From the sequence record LR756502.1: 64,000 bases of DNA; one strand, given 5' to 3'. Numbering within the stretch: position 1 is the stretch's first letter; each line of letters opens with the position of its first letter. This document shows, piece after piece, positions 63,934 to 64,000 of this stretch. The translations under genes and the position numbers were made by a program. Under the pieces are notes generated by a model, which did no database searches, was not told the DNA's origin, and saw nothing but the letters and a program-made list of their open reading frames with translations.

Positions 63934-64000
63934 ATGATACTATACAGACCAGTAAACGGAAAGGAATTGGATTTGATAATCGAAAGTGGATATACAAAAT
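63934..64000 (+). CDS. CDS start, partial (possibly ADP-ribosylation/crystallin J1-like family)
   Basis: MILYRPVNGKELDLIIESGYTK; only 22 codons visible. Confidence 0.5.
   Translation, partial: MILYRPVNGKELDLIIESGYTK

Noticed and set aside
1-64000. Stop-codon reassignment (seen in some large Bacteroidota phages)
   Set aside because: Genes are full length and densely packed in code 11; TAG and TGA terminate genes normally; tRNA-Trp has a CCA anticodon and no suppressor tRNA is seen
1-64000. CRISPR array, DGR/retron reverse transcriptase, integrase or transposase
   Set aside because: No spaced direct-repeat array or RT, integrase or transposase motif was found by eye
57585-64000. tmRNA partner of SmpB
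   Set aside because: No tRNA-Ala-like ends enclosing a tag ORF were seen; it may lie outside the window
1-64000. Eukaryotic giant-virus or bacterial-chromosome origin
   Set aside because: T4-like structural motifs, gp46, bacterial promoters and terminators, bS21/SmpB/T9SS CTD and the absence of housekeeping operons indicate a large bacteriophage

Overview
A 64-kb segment of a very AT-rich, gene-dense large tailed-phage genome (T4-like/myovirus-type), read in the standard genetic code. The host is almost certainly a Bacteroidota, based on TTTG-N19/20-TAnnTTTG promoters, a Bacteroidota-type bS21 and a T9SS-sorted protein. The window holds three blocks of large virion-type genes (518-4428 +, 16199-23348 -, 39842-47933 -). 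DNA-metabolism genes: gp46/Rad50-like ATPase, NAD ligase, RNase H, two Dam-type methylases, HNH and GIY-YIG nucleases. Host-takeover genes: ECF sigma, bS21, bS1-like, bL12-like, SmpB, YqeY, ClpP, DnaJ, thioredoxin, Sir2, PARG-like, SPFH, M16 and M28 peptidases. A tRNA cluster (His x2, Phe x2, Trp, Lys x3, one aberrant) lies at the right end. Main unexplained observations: (1) three nearby short ORFs at 5773-7310 that are isolated fragments of major capsid, tail sheath and portal; (2) each carries an R-x-x-K-I-x-x-I-L-type peptide that recurs in about 19 unrelated accessory proteins, suggesting a modular bait-plus-tag system; (3) a phage-encoded T9SS cargo protein; (4) three tRNA-Lys genes with long variable arms, preceded by candidate attenuator leader peptides; (5) about 10 proteins with a T4-style capsid-targeting N-terminus; (6) widespread near-leaderless gene starts. 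All family assignments come from motifs recognised by eye; no database search or computation was run.
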